A stretch of DNA of 64,000 bases from Tubulanus polymorphus (GCF_964204645.1 NC_134030.1:21288210-21352209), one strand, 5' to 3'; shown: positions 25,382-40,700, counted from the first letter of the stretch. Notes: generated by a model not told the origin, from the letters alone. Translations and numbers: made by a program.

Positions 25382-28300
25382 ATGTGGAGGTTCCTCGTAA
25401 TTCTGACCGCCTTTCTCGGGATCTTATTCACCGTACGTACACTATAGTTTAGCTTAGCTATTTCATTATGAAACTTGTTGAAATTGTTTCCTATAGAAAC
25501 TAATGATTTATTCGACGTTACGAATATATCCAAATATATCAAAGTCGCCTTCGAAAATATCTTTTATTCAAGGGTAGCATTTTATATCAACTAGTTACGA
25601 GGCAGACTCAGAGTCTTTCATCAATGATAATGATAATGAATATTGAATATGTATAAATTATCCGCAAAAAAAAATTAACAATAGAGTTACAGAACGGACT
25701 ACATTATCGTGTATTGCATGTGTTGTAATGATAATGATTAAGTTCTTATATAGCCTATTCCGAAAACATCTTCGCTTACTGCGCCTTCATTCCAGGCCAA
25801 ACGCTCTACGGAATAACAATGTTTTAACTAAGCGTTAAAATGAGACCATATCATCAACTCATCTGATATTGCGCCATGAGAAGAGAAACTACACGGTCAT
25901 CAAAATAAGTCCGGGTTCTCTGGGCGACGACAAGATCCAAGTCCGTAGAAAGTTTATCGAGAAATGTTGTAGTTTTGTCTAGCTTGATGAGTGTCCAAGT
26001 TTACGTCGTTCTTCCTTTGCTTAGGTTAACTTGCCAAGATTCCCATCAAATCTCGCTCGTAATGTCGTAGTTTGTCTAAGCCCGCCGCACACGGCATAAC
26101 AAAACACTTCGAAAACGTTTTTCACGAGGGAAGAAAAACGTGTTTTTTTCGTTGCCGTGTGCGGCCGGCTTTACCAGCCAGTACTATATAGACCCTCGCG
26201 CAGTACGAGAGACCAGGCTTGTTGCCAACCATGCCTTACCGATTGTCATGAAAGTGGAACTTTTTGATAGAACTCGCGGTACTGGAGACTGGCAACAACA
26301 AAAATAACCTGGGAATTTTTCAACCCCTAAGGTTTAGCGTCTTGTTAATCAATAATTTGCCAACCTACTTTGCGTAGTAGCACAAGCTACAACCTTTTCT
26401 GATTATAATAGAATTCGTCTACGGTCGACACAAATACGAACGAACATGTTTTGACAATCTGCCACTTAAGCATTTTTACCGAGATAAGGAACTCTAAGCG
26501 GAGAATGTGAACTATGTCCCACGCAACACGCAATGATAGATGACTGTGTAATACGCCTGTTTTTGGGTTTTTGTTTGGCGAAAATTAAGTAGTCATTTTT
26601 GTCACCCGAATCATACACAAAAATAACCTTACCGCCGATATAAATTTCAAACGCATCCTTTCAGATATTTACATGTTTGTGTGCGTTGTTGATGGAATAA
26701 CATTTTAGAGTGCATCCTTTGTACTTAAGTTCACTTTCGATTCCAAACGAATTTTCCTTTGAAAAAAACAGGTTGGGCACTTTTGATAGATCGAATTCAA
26801 GTCCCGATAGTTTTGCCTGATTGTGAATTATTTCCAAACAGATTTCGACGATGCGAATCAGGCATAACTGACCAACCGCGCATCATCTTTGAACTGCTGT
26901 AGGTTGTAATTGACGTCATAAGGGGTATACATAATTCGACGACGCCATGGTAGGATTCATGGAGGCAGACATCTTTTTTCGCGAGTGCCCAGAGATGAAA
27001 TGAATAGCATTCAACTTGATGGCGTCACAAGAGCTTTCGGAAATCCAGAAACATTCTAAGTTTTAACAGGCTTAACTTTTTGACACGTTCTATCTTCATA
27101 ATGAAAACGCAATTAAAATGACTTAATGATCGAAGATTCAGCAACACGTCCCCTTAATGATGCGACCGATTTTGACCCATTGTATCGTTGATAAGCATTT
27201 CATCCACCGCATCAACCCATTCAGAAAGACGTTTACACTGAGAAAAACATAGATATTTGTTTTTGATATTTTGCTAACGATTTTATTGTTTTACATAGGT
27301 TTTAAGTTTTGAATTATTATCATTGTTATGAAAAAATGTGTGTAATTTCAAACATTCTCGCAATCGCGATTCCGAACCGTTTGCTGTTTGGGTGCTTTAA
27401 AAGGTTGTACGCATTTTTGTAGGTATCGGCTCAACTCGATGTCGAAGCTTTGAAGCAACCACGCAGCGGTAAGTAAGGATTATCGATCAACGGATTATCC
27501 ATAGATAATCCGTTAAAATCTTTGATTATCTTTAACTTCAAAATGGACCAGATTCTTCAATATGTATTGAGTATCCTTTATCAAACTTCCAAAACCGTCT
27601 TTTTAATCAAATGCCACAAACCTGGGCGAATTGACTCTCGAAGATTTCTTGTTTTCATCACGTTTTTATCTCCGAATAATATTTCCAGAGAAAATAATTG
27701 GATGCAATGATAAATAGTTGGGATATGTGGAGAATGTTTTCATCTATTCAGCAATAAACGGCTCTTAAAATAACGTAGAGAATTGATAATCAGTTCGATC
27801 AGTTATTCTCGTAAATACATGTCTTGTGGAATGCGCCAGAATTTGTTGGTCGATGGTCATTCTCAGAATGGGTGGAGGAACCTCTTGACTTATTTATGAC
27901 CTAAGGGTTCGTCGAGTTTTTCTACCCTAAGATTGAGCCCTCTCGGGGTGAAGCTCTTATTTAGAAGTCTCCGACATGGCCTTTTGTGTTCACATTCCCT
28001 CCATCTGTCCGTAGGCGGAATCCAGTTATTTTGTGAATCTTTGACTTTTTTATTATCTAGATATCTGGTTTAAGCATGTATCTACCCTAGATAGACGCTG
28101 AGCCCAAAGACCGGTCCCATCGGATTCAAGATGGCCGACTGATGACCATTGTTTTCGTCGAAATCAATGCTATTCACAATTATCAATTAAATTTGATAAT
28201 GTATAAATTGTTTAATTGTCGAGCAGTTCAATAACCACTTTCCAAGCAGGCGTCGTGTCGCTGGACAACTCTACTGTCTGTCACACATGCTCTCCAGGCG

Positions 28301-31300
28301 ATAGTTTACTCGGCATACGCTCGCGTAGTGCTGAAAAAACCGCTCCGCGGACGCACAGAGACGTTGCCATGACGTCATCACATATTCATTAGCATAAAAA
28401 ACAATGAAGGTGGCGCCACGTTACGGGCCGCGAAAGCCAATCGCTTTAAATTACCATAGTGATTTATTTGTATGGATATCTATGCATTGAAAGTCCGAGT
28501 TAGTAACTTTGTTATTTCTGATGTTCATGCAAGTTTATTTTGTTATCGAATTTCGAAATTTTCTACAGTGTTATGAAATTTGTCAATTTTGTGTTGTCCC
28601 TCTAATACCTGTAATGGGTTTCAGTGTAAGATAAATAAATTATAAATAAATGAGCCGTTTTCAGCATTACGCGAGCGTATTCTAGGTGAACAATCGCCGA
28701 CAGATGATGAAAACAGGAACAAATTTATGCCGATTCATAATCTATTTCTGAATGCAAATTCTTTACTGGACAAATTGATAGATTGTATTCACGGATCAAT
28801 TGGTTATGATCGAAATTCAGGCCCGTCGCACGGAGAGCAGGTGTGACAGGCAGTAGTTGTTATTTTCTACGCAGACTGTAGGATGGGCAAAGTAGACGTT
28901 CTATTCATACTGGACGAGTCGACCAGTATACTACCGGAAGATTACGATCGACAGTTGACATTCGTGAATAAGATGATAAAGAGTTACCTGATCGGCCCGG
29001 ATCGCTCCAGAATTGGTATCATCAGTTTCGCCACGCGTGCGATAACTAGGTACGCACCTGACCATCCCCCCTATGACATCATAATATTGATCTAATTTAA
29101 GGCAGTTTCAGAGATCCCCCTATGACACCATGCAAATGTGCTGATTTGATATCATTGACTGCTTCTAGTACAGCTGTCCGCATCCATGATATGTGAACAT
29201 GTGTTGGCCCCTATAGATCTCCATATGACGTCATCTAAGGTGAAGTTACAGATACAGATGTTATAGTTTTGTTGATGTCATAAGGGGATCTGTGGAGACA
29301 CAGACACAGAGGAGTTTATGGACACACATAAATCTTCATTTGATGATGTCATAACGGGATATATAGAAATAAATATGAACGTTCATGATGTCATAGGGGG
29401 ATTCATGGAGATAGTTATTACTTCTACAGGTAGGAACTTCGCTGATATTAAAAGATTCGTGGATGCGGAATATCCTTTGCTAGTAATAGGAGACTTCAAC
29501 GATGACGTCAAAGGGGGATTCATAGAGTTAATCACTGTTTCTTTTCTCTCGATTCGAAAGGTTTGATATGAATGATTATAGCACTGCTGATGAGATGACG
29601 AGCGCAGTGAGTAAGTTCAAACAGTTATACGGTGACACGCACACCTGGGAAGCGATGGCTTTAGCGAGAAACAGCGCTCTTACCACCGCGAAAGGATCGA
29701 GAAAGGGAAAAGTGCCACAAATCGGTATCGTCATCACCGACGGCAATTCACAGGTTCGTCGAAAACTCTAGTTATTTTCTCAAGTTCGGGGCTCTATTTC
29801 CGACTGCACGTGCATCTGATACCCTGTCAGCACACTAGCGACACCTGGTGGATCCTCACTCGCCACTATTGGAATCCTCTATTACTGCAGTATTTTATGA
29901 CCTACTGCACACTAGCGACACCTGGTGAATCCTCACTTGCTACAAGTGGAATCATCTTTTGCCGCAGTAGTTAATGTCCTACTGCACACTAGCGACACCC
30001 GGCGGATCCTCACTTGCCACAAGTGGAATCATGTATCGCTGCAGAAGTTGGTGCCCTACTGCACGTTAACGACACCTGGTGGATCCACACTTGAGGATGA
30101 GATTCAGAATCAGAACTTCCATCGCCAATGAAATAATGTGGGTCAATCCCATCACTAAAGGAGGGCGTATTTCCTTTATGATTCGAAATTCATGAAACTC
30201 TATATGATTTCCTGGTGATGTTTTTTTTCAGATTCCTTGGAAAACGAAAACGGAGTCAGCGAAGACACGCGAGGAGACCGGAATCACGCTGTTCGCGATA
30301 GGGATCGGAGATTTCGTCAGCGAGATTGAACTAGTCGATATAACAGGATCGAAAGATCGCGTCATGACATCCAAAGATTACGCGCAATTAGTAGATCATC
30401 AACAGTCTATATTCAAAAAGGCTTGCGGTGAGTAGTTGCTTAAGACGATGTTTGTTCGTGGTGACGTACAGATTTACAGGGGGAATTAAGTAAACATAGA
30501 ACCACTCAGAATCAGCGACGCGTTGCTGAGAATGAGAGAAATATGCCGTATGAATTGGGTCGATAGAAATATGTTGCGTACAAACAAAACATATGTAAAA
30601 ATTATTCAATGTTTTATGCTAATAGATTCAGCGGCAACCAGTCTAAGATTATCTTAGTTCTGTATGCGGTGACCGATCTTAAACAATTTAATACAAGTTT
30701 AAAGTGAATGAATTAAAAAGAAAGTGAAGTAAAAAGACCCTGTGTTTAATTTAAAAGTGTTAAGTAAAGTCTACTTGATTTAAAGTGAAATTTCGGCCTT
30801 AGTCGGAATTGAAGAAAGCATAGCGTTGGGCCAAGTTGCACAGTCATGGCTGATAGTTAGGGCAGTAGGATGGCTATCAAAGCTTTATCACCTATTTGAA
30901 AAACAATTTAAGACCAGTCTATAGATTTGAAACCATATTTTGTCTATGTCGGCACTGTACACCCTAACTCTGGATCCAGTTGTTTAGTCATGACTTTGAT
31001 TCCAATTGTGACCCTAATTCCGAAGACTGGTCTTAAGTTATTTGATTGGTTATATCAACAAGATGGGTTTAGACAGGTCAACTTTGCAACTTATGCCATC
31101 CTAGCATTATAACCAATCTAACTACTTGTTAGACCAGTTTTTAAGATTTGAGACCATATTTGGGAATGTGGAACTGGATCAGTACCAACATGTCTAAGAC
31201 CAGTATTTATTAGCCTATGTATCTCTTAGTCCAGTTAATCAAGTAACTAGTTCTACGGTTGATGCTTAAGTAAGGCATTGCTTATTCGACTAGATTAAAA

Positions 31301-33383
31301 AGTTACGATACTTGATATGCGATCAGATAATAATAAAAGATTCAGTTAGTTTTCTAATCTGTTTTTGTTGTTTTCATTTTCGAAAGTATGTTCAATCTAA
31401 AATTAAGTTATTATTTTCTCGTTTCAGTTCCGGACAGCGGTAAGATTTCATCTCCAACGCATCTATCACTGAAAGTCTATCACTAAGGTTTCCCTCGGAA
31501 AAACTTCTAGTCATTTAAAGAATGCCAAAATCGAATTCTCTTTGCATAAATCAATAATTAATGAACTTACTGAATAAACAAAATGAACTGATATTTGTCG
31601 GGTCATGTGACACTATCATCAGCCTAAAGTTAAATAAATCAATAATCAATGAAGTCATTGAATAAACCAACTGAACTGATATTTGCTAAAGATTCAATCG
31701 AAGTTTATTTCATAATGATCTAATCTTAACGATGTTAGACGATATACTCGTGACGCCATCTGGTGAGATAACTGGTGTTGCGGTGTTGCCATTAACATGC
31801 ACGAATATTAAAACCTAGGTAAATGTGGTGAGGTGGACTGCGCGTTCGTGATGGACACGCCGAACGCCGACGCTACGGACATCATCGAAGCGAACGAATT
31901 CATGAGAGTCGTTACTAAAGAACTGGATGTCGGCGATAAGAAAGTGCGCATGGCGTCTGTACCGTCCAGGTGCACGACACTGGCCGCCTTCGACCTGAAT
32001 TCACACGAAACTAAAGACCAAGTGCTCGATGCTTTACTGGTAAGGTCTCATTAAAAATACGAATAGTATTCGATTCCCGTCGGTCGCATCCCGGTTAATT
32101 TGCATATGCAAATGTAGAGATGGAACTTCGGTTCGAATCCCAATTAATTCGGGGACGTATCGCGTGCTTGTTTTTTTTTCGAGCATCTACCCCAAATAGA
32201 TGGCGCCATATCTCAATCAATTCTTGGACTACTAAGATTTCAATATGTAGGATTCATTCGTTAATTGATTTTAGGTCGAATCTACCGCTAAGTCCGGACG
32301 TCTGCCGGTCCTGCTGGAGGAGACGCTCGCTAAAACATTCTCGTCCGAGTCCGGCGCGCGGTCCGCGGCCAGAAAAATCATCATCCTAGTCACCGACGGC
32401 AAACCGGTCGACCTGGACGCGTTGAAACGCGAGAGCGACCGCTTGAGGGCGCTGAACGTCGAGATATTCGTGATCGGCGTCGGCAAAAAGATCGACGTCG
32501 AAATATTGACCGGTTTGGCCACCGATAGAAGTCACGTGATGTTGGTTCCTGATTACGAGTCGTTGCGGAAGTTAAAGGATAAGCTGGTGTCAGGAGTCTG
32601 TTACAGAACCCTAATGGTGAGTCCCGCAGAAACTGGGTATCAAAGTTTCTAAATGTATTCAAATTAGGAGAATTTAACGAAGTTCAATGGTTCGATCAAA
32701 TGGAAAATGTTAGATTCATCCCCTCAAACCACTCAACACGTGGAAACTAGACAATCATTTCTGTATCGTTTCTACCTGGTGGTCTGCCCTGTCGGGACGC
32801 AAAACTGGAATCCTCGAAAGAGTCGATTGAGTTAAGATAAGATAACCTTATTTATCGTGACAATATCAATTGTATCAGGATATAGAAAAACATGCAGATT
32901 AATGTAAGAAACAGAACAAGTATTTACAGAACATTTCAACAAATCTATCACATTCAATAATAATCTAGGGTCCTTTGTATTCAGTCGTAATATTTTAGCT
33001 AGGTTGGATTTTCGTAACAATTACTTGTAAGGTATCCTCTCAGGTCGGTGTGAGAATGACAAATCATTAAGTAGTGGTATTCATCACCGATATCGTCTGA
33101 ATTACATATTGTACATAGTCTTTCTTTTTCGTATATCTGTCCTCCTCAATCGGTAAACAATGCATATTGGCACGGTATAGTGATTTGACCCACACGTATT
33201 GCTGCGCCATCTGGTGTGTACCAACGGCACCGTCGTCATCTTGGTTTTGTTTCCATTTCGCTTTCGATCGTCTATTTTCAGAGATCGGATACAGAAACTC
33301 GACAGAAGCGAATCATGGACGCTTTACAGGAACTGGTCGACGAGGCAGAGGAAATAGACCGCGAAAAATCATCGATGGAATAG
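25382..33383 (+). CDS. Secreted two-VWA-domain protein, paralogue 2, ~445 aa
   Basis: Exons 25382-25432, 27423-27468, 28875-29049, 29561-29753, 30232-30427, 31428-31439, 31819-32039, 32275-32616, 33282-33383. Same phases as paralogue 1 and identical exon sizes for exons 3-6 (175, 193, 196, 12 nt). Signal peptide MWRFLVILTAFLGILFTVSA. Confidence 0.88.
26077..26173. mobile_element. Small hairpin MITE
   Basis: TAAGCCCGCCGCACACGGCA / TGCCGTGTGCGGCCGGCTTTA inverted ends. Confidence 0.6.
29825..30095 (+). repeat. ~78-bp tandem repeat (~3.5 copies)
   Basis: Same unit as 21590. Confidence 0.9.
30828..31181. mobile_element. Degenerate or compound MITE
   Basis: GGGCCAAGTTGCACAGTCATGGCT ... TGTGGAACTGGATC, with internal GGATCCAGTTG and TTTAAGACCAGTC / GACTGGTCTTAAG inverted motifs. 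Confidence 0.5.
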
Positions 33384-34329
33384 ATGGACATGTGAGAAAT
33401 TCTCGATAAAATTATGATTGACCCGATTTGGGATGAGGTATCGGCACCGCTGTTGCTGTGGCAAGTGAGGATGCAATGAAGATCCGCAGATATCGATTGC
33501 ACTGAATGCTTCATTTTTCCGCATTTCAATGAAATCCAAATAAAGTGTTCCGATTGTTAAATCAATATTCGGTGATGTCTATAACACCATAAACCATATA
33601 TCGGGAAAATCAATCCTGTATCTATTCGAGGAACTTGTCGTCGGGACGTCGTTCGTAGCCTTACGCTTTGGTGATAAAATGCAATAGTCAATGTTAAAAA
33701 AGCTTTTACTTTTATTAAACTTGTTCATAACTTCGGCAGAGATGTCTTAATAAGAACGATTGCGACGACTTAATTAATTTTCAGAAAATTAATGGTTGAG
33801 GAGTATATTATTGTTTAACTGTAAAAATTGTATTGAGCTAAAACGTAGAAATATTAAACATCTTAGATTCTAAAAACGTTTACGTTTTCTGATCTCACAC
33901 TTTCAGGCAGTTTTTCTCGTACCGGTTACTTGTGGTCTATCTATATGCATTGCCCCAAGGCAGTTTATTCTCGTGATGGTTACTGATGGTCTATGTATGC
34001 AATGAGTTGCAATTTCCCCCAAGGCATTTAACCTGGAACCTGCTTAATGTTGCTGTGGATGTATCCACCAAACAGGAAAAAATTATTTTCATATCATCTT
34101 CAAGGAAAGGAAGGAATTAACTGACTTTGATTAATATTGTGAATTCCGATTGTGAATTCTGATTACCGATGCTAGGTTTTCTGACGGCGTTAGGAGGTTA
34201 TCCGCGCTCATAAAGGTTGGGCGTAAGACTTGGTGACTTTACACAACGATGTCATTAAACAGTTTAAAGAGGATATCACTAACGCCCCTCCTGTAAGTAT
34301 TAACAACAACAACCAACAACCATTCACCT

Positions 34330-34500
34330 GCAAGTGTGACGCGTGGACGATCAGTTTTTGAAAGTGTGTTGATAAAATGTCTAATATCTGGTGTTTGTAG
34401 TTAATTTTCAATTAAAATGTCTCAGGTGAAGCACTGAACACATGTGAAGTGTGGACAATCAGTTTTTGAAAGTGTGCTGATGTCTAATGTCTAATGTCCG
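34330..34500 (-). repeat. 109-bp satellite, ~1.5 copies
   Basis: Reverse complement of the same unit. Confidence 0.9.
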
Positions 34501-34707
34501 GTAACGAAGGCCTCATTGAATTAAATCACTTTGATTAATTTGACATCTTTGCACCAAGGTCATTGATTGGAAGTGACGTGTTTAAAAGAGAAACCATAAA
34601 GCCACCACCAGTGCGTGCTAGTGCCAATGTGTTTATGTTTTTCATCAGAAAAGTTTTGCACATTCTCATTAGATTTCAAAAAAGGTTTCTATCGACTGAC
34701 AAATGTT

Positions 34708-37700
34708 TCAGCGAGTTTTCAAAACCCGTTTATTTCTGGCCCGAATAGATTTAACATCAATAGTGAGGATGGTGTAAAGAAGTGGATTCAGTGACGAGTT
34801 GATCGGTAGGAAAAGTACCGCCAACCAAGCCGCCACTTGGTTCGGTATTTCTACTCGCAATACAGCGCAAAACTGAACGATAATTATCGGTAACCAGCAA
34901 AATAAATTACACAGATTTATCACTAAACTCCTACGTGCCAGAATCAATTCGGTAGGATCAGCTCTACCTGAGCCGGACCTGCTTCCAGATGCGAGTCTAT
35001 ACATCTGTGCATACGTCATCATTATTGTAGCAAGTAGGACCGAGTTAAACGCGGCAAAAATAACGAATGAGTATTGCCAGGCGTGGACATCAATCGATAT
35101 CAAATTCATAGGTAAACAAATTCCAGTAGTACCATAGAATTTGTTGCCGAAATAAGATGATTGCGACAGCGGTATTATAGAAATAGTGCTTATAGATAAC
35201 CAACATACGCAACAGATAACGGATACGCATTTCGGAGATGTAATCGGGCTTCCAGAAAATGGATTGACGATTTTTGAAAATCTATAACGCGTTAAAATGA
35301 ATAAAAACGTCAATGAGCCTTCACAGGAAATAGTCACCAAAACTCCAGCGAAACTACACAATGAACTGTCCGTCCAAGTTTCAGAATGTAGGAAATAAAC
35401 TCCTTTATAGACGTAATCCGCTCCCGCGATCAGAAACAGATAAATAGACATCAGAAAATCACAAGCTGAGATATTAATGATGAGGATGTCAGAAGATGTG
35501 TTACGCTTTTCAGGGGAGGAAAGTTGAAATGATCGAACACGGAATAAAATGACGATACTGTTCAGAAAGAAACTGAATGCGGAGATGACCCAGATGATAG
35601 CTCTGAGGGCTGTATTACCCATCAGATCAGAACAGGACGAAAATTGATCAGCTTCGGGAAGGCACTGGTCGACATTCGGAGCCATGCAGCAAAATTTGTA
35701 GGCATCAGACGCTAGGGAGACTAATGTTGTCAGATTATTAAAAATATCCTTTTCTGTAGAAATAACTTTAGAGTTATTGGTTATATCAATAAGTCTAAGT
35801 TCATCTAATCCCGAAAAAGCATATGTAGAAATATGATGAATTCTGTTACTGCTGATATTCAACGACTGTAATGTAGATAAACCTCTGAATACATTTCGAC
35901 CAAGGACAGATATGAAAAGTCCGTGAAGATCGAGATGTTTAAGAGACTTCAAATCTTGAAATGTATCGTCCTTTAAGTGACTAATTGGATTTTCAGTCAT
36001 CAATAACTCTTTCAAACTATACAAACCAATGAATGTGTTTGTGGATAAGTATGTTATATTGTTATATGTAAGATCTAATGTATGTAGATTATGCAGGTTT
36101 GAGAATGCGTTTGCTAAAATGTAAGACAACGTATTGAAGGAGATATTGAGCGAACGAAGATAAACATATGGAAGAAATGTCGTCATATCCAAGATAATTG
36201 TGTTATTTGACAGATTCAGAACTCGAGTTGAAGCCGAGAAAAGATCAGTAATATTTGTCAAACCAGCATTTCCACAGTCGACCAAATAGCCTTGACATTT
36301 ACAATATTCAGGACACGTGACGTTACAGAAAGCTTCGTCATCAGTGGTATGTTTACAATTAACAACACCATCACAAACTTCAGATTGTGGTATACATCGG
36401 TTTTCCTGGCCACATTTGAACATGCCGGGACATGACAACGTCTCGCAGTTTCGCTCGTCTTCTGAATTAGGACAATCTGATCGACCATCGCACACCTGTC
36501 CAATCGGTATACAGTACGATGCTGGACATTTTACAGTACCAGCTGGACAATCAAATTTTTCACATTTCAATATATGCTGAAGATTCCTACAAACTGGGTA
36601 ACTATTCGACATTCTTTCTAATATACATCTATGACGTCTAGAATAACAATGAGGAGAATCGAAAGAACATCTTTGTTCATCAGATTTTGTACAAAGATTT
36701 GTGAAATTAGTCGTACATTGGTTCAAATCATTACAATGAACTGTAGGATTCACTGTAATATTCGCATTTGTTACTAATTCATCTTCTTCTAGGTTTCCAC
36801 TACAATCCACGACTTCATCCTGATACAACTGAGAACTGATACAGTCCCCACTGTTACACAGGAACCCCTGACACAGTTGAGAGGTGCATCTCATTTCATC
36901 CGAGCCGTCTTTACAATCAGTGTCTCCGTCGCATCTTTTATACTTACTGACACATTGACCACTAGTACATCGGAATTGTTGGGGCAAACACGGGGGATGA
37001 AAACACGAGTTCTCATCAGAACCATCCAAACAATCCTTAATGAAATCACAGAATCCACTTATTGATATAACCCGTCCATCTGAACAGTGGAACTGTAAGT
37101 TTGAACCCGAACAGTCGAGTTCATCTTCACCGTGTTGACAGTCGTTTCTGGTATCACATACGCGATGGTCGCTGATACATCTTTGATCGTTACATTGAAA
37201 CTGCCACGATTTACAACCGCTTATAGAAGCCAACTCTTCACCAGTTACACTGTAGGAACATAGCACGGAATGCGCTACATCTGTGACATTATCAAACTGT
37301 TTCATCAACCATTTTACTGAGTGAATATAAGTGATATCATCTCTAGTGATTATTGGTTTTATAACTTGCAGTCCGCCATTGTAAGTCATTGTCAGTATCG
37401 AGCTATATTGATGTCGATATTGAAATATTCTTACTAGGTTCAAAGTTTCTATTTCTGTGTAACCGTTTATCACAGTTTCTATTTCACCATCGATGCCATG
37501 ACACATCTCTGTCGCAGTTTTCATATCTAAACCTCGATGTTTGTTCCAGTCCGTCAGTATTTGATAGCACCTTTTATTTATGCTTACCCAACCAACCGTA
37601 CAGCTCCAGCTAAAGTAAATTGCATCATAAATCATATTTTCTCGCATCGAAATTGTGTCGTTTTTCGTTGAATTGAATTTGTAAACCGTTGTATTTTCGA

Positions 37701-40700
37701 TATTCATTTTTTCCGATTCGCAAATGAAACTCGTGTGAACCTCTTCAATTCCGCAAGGGAATCGAACCCAGTTCGCTGATCCTCGTGGATTATTCAGTAT
37801 CATCGCCGTACACGGCATATTGGCGTCATTTATCGGTTGTTTACGTAGAGGAGATATCAATCCTTGAATAACTTCTGGTATCGTTTCGTTATTTGTAGGT
37901 CCATACCACTCTGTGTAGCTCAATGGTTTGCCATCAGTCCACGTGTAATAATAAGTATTTTGCTGAAATTTAGGTAAAAAATTATGATGGAATATTGACA
38001 GATTTTCGGCAAGGGAATCTTTGTTGGAAATATGTTTGGATATTACCTGCAATTTCAATCCTATCATCATTATGAGCGCTTTCTGTGAATATGCCTGTCG
38101 TAGAAGTTCCGTAGCAAATAATGACTTAACAGAAATCATTTCATCTTGTGAGTTGATACTGAGAAGATGTCCTCCGTATTTCTGTTGACAGTACATTTCA
38201 GCGTTCTCCCAATTCAGACGTTCATCTCTGATGTATTTGACGCAGGAAATTCCCGAATCTAGAAATCCTGATTTACACATATCATTGCGCCTTTTCGTTC
38301 GTAACTGCTTCTGTAAAATGTATTGTATGCGGAATTTTGGTATTTTGTTTTTCACCTCAAACTGGATTGATGTAGCCTTTAGACTGTGAAATATAACTCC
38401 TAGTTCAGTGAATGCATCACATAATCTAATTTCATACCTAGTTGACCCCGCGTCTCCGACATATTTTACTTCCTCCGCGAATAAAACGGAGTCTAAATCA
38501 TTTAAAAATTGTTTAATGCACGGCGTCGTTTCCAAGTGTTTTACAATAAATCGGTAAAACTGAATTCGAGTTCTGTTTGGTCGGGTGCCGAGATGGTATT
38601 TCAAAGTGATATCAGATTTCTTCGCTGATCCTGGATAATTCGGTGACTGCATGATTCCACACTCGTTTTCCCAGGCAGCTGGTGTGCTATGTTTTTTCAC
38701 TGATTGACAAACAAGTCTCAATTCAATGATGTAATTGTATATCACAAACAATCGCGAATCCTTCATCGTCACAGTGTGCAGTATGAGACTGTTATTCAGG
38801 CGCTGAATACTGAATGGCATGTGCCATTTACACCACGAGTTGGGGATCGTATAACTAGGATTACATGAGCTCAAATGATATTCGTGTCGTGATAATATGT
38901 AAATTACATTCAATGGAACATGTCTATTTTCAGGCGTAATGCTTAAACAGCGTGACGTCACTCTAACGTGGTGTTCTCCTTCCCGTAGAGTGTAGCCGTC
39001 GCAGTCAGACGGACGTAAGATCAAACTGCCCTTACCCTTCAAGTTGCTGTCATTATCAAGGCAATAGCCTACTATGATCACCGGACCGCCTGATGTAATC
39101 AGACTGACGACACTTCGTCGATAACCCAATAAACCGGGACAATACGGACCGTATCGTCTAGCCGTGAAATTACCACCATCAAATATATAAAATCCAGCAT
39201 TTTCACAATTCGCAGACAGAACCGCTAATTCCAGATCGATGTCATAGATTTCAACTTTCCATTTGAATCTATACGCATTTATTCGATAGATCGAAGTCTT
39301 TGGTGGAAGACTATCAAGAAGCGACGCATGTGACAATGAAATCGTATCCAGCTTGCGCAATATCTGAAATACATGAAAGTACAATGCATTATAAATCGCT
39401 TCATCATTATTCTAGTGAATATCTTTAACTTGCTGGAATGTGATTATAACATGTATTGCGCCGGGAACTGGTGAAATGGTAATGTTTGCTTTAATCATGA
39501 ACATTCTACTATTATTACAGGGGGTTTGCATCGGGTAGGTTATTGGATGATAACAAGTGCAAATCTGCAAGTTTGAATACTATATCAGCACTTACCACGC
39601 GTTTAGTGATGCTTAACTTTTTCAAAATTGATTCCGTTCTGAATTCGATTCGTACATTCGATTCTGTGATGTTCGGTCTCATCATTACGCACAGTTTGAC
39701 GAGAAAACCGTCAGATTTAACACTCAGCGATTCCAGGTAGTTGTAACCGAGTGAAATATCAGTTCCTACAACGCGTAACCCTTCTAGTTTATATACACCA
39801 ATGACGTCGACGGATTCGCTGAGATCACGTGTCCAGTTGAAGACGACGTACTGTAACACCTGCACTGTGATAGACCAGCAGTGTAAGTGTTTTGATCGAG
39901 TTATTACGTGTAAACTGTTGTCATCAGGAATGAGCACTCCAGACTCGTTATTAGAGATTCGAATCAACGGATTAGAGACGTTCCAATCTGATATTTTGTA
40001 CACCTGAACTGATAGTTGTGTGCTAACGCGTCGGCCTCGTAGCGAAGTGAAAATGGCTTTGTTAGTTTTAGTATAAAACGATGAAGGTGGATGTCCACGT
40101 TGTTCACCCATAATCGCTATCGGTTCACTGCTGGTATTCCAACCGTCATAGATTCGAAAACTCGAAACTGAATCGACATAAGTAAAACTATACTTCAGTT
40201 TTAGGTCGAAATCTGAAAACGTCAAATTCATCGCTGAACCATCCGAGAGGGCGTCCCATTCTAGGAATATCTGACATCTGGCAAGTAGTAACATCGCGAA
40301 TTTGTATCCAGTCGATGTTTTCATTTCATTCAATCGAAAACCGAACCTCCAGCAGTTGTGACTGATTCTAAATCGGCTTCGTTCAAAACGATATATGATA
40401 TAAACCCGACTACTCCGCGCACCATCGACGTTACTTCTAAACATCAACGAGATCGAATCGTTACGGCGGATTTCATGTTTTCCTTCACCGCAGAATCTGT
40501 TATCGGACTCACCGACGAGAAGGTAGTTATCACTACAGAATATCGACGGCTCGATGTCGTAGTATAGTTTGATGTTGAAAGTTCCCGGTAAAGAGCTGTT
40601 GACGATCCAACGACATTCAACACCGCGCGTCAACGACGGGTTATTCGGCGAAACGATGTAACCAGACATAATATCGACTGGGTACCAAGTGTTGTTACAA

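Noticed and set aside
28134-28170. CTGATGA...GAAA spacing resembling a hammerhead
   Set aside because: No pairable stem II or stem I, and no palindromic stem III.
34708-39384. The 1558-aa ORF as a complete single-exon gene
   Set aside because: It lacks a signal peptide, begins in intron 1 and reads through an 84-nt intron; it is exons 2-3 of receptor B.
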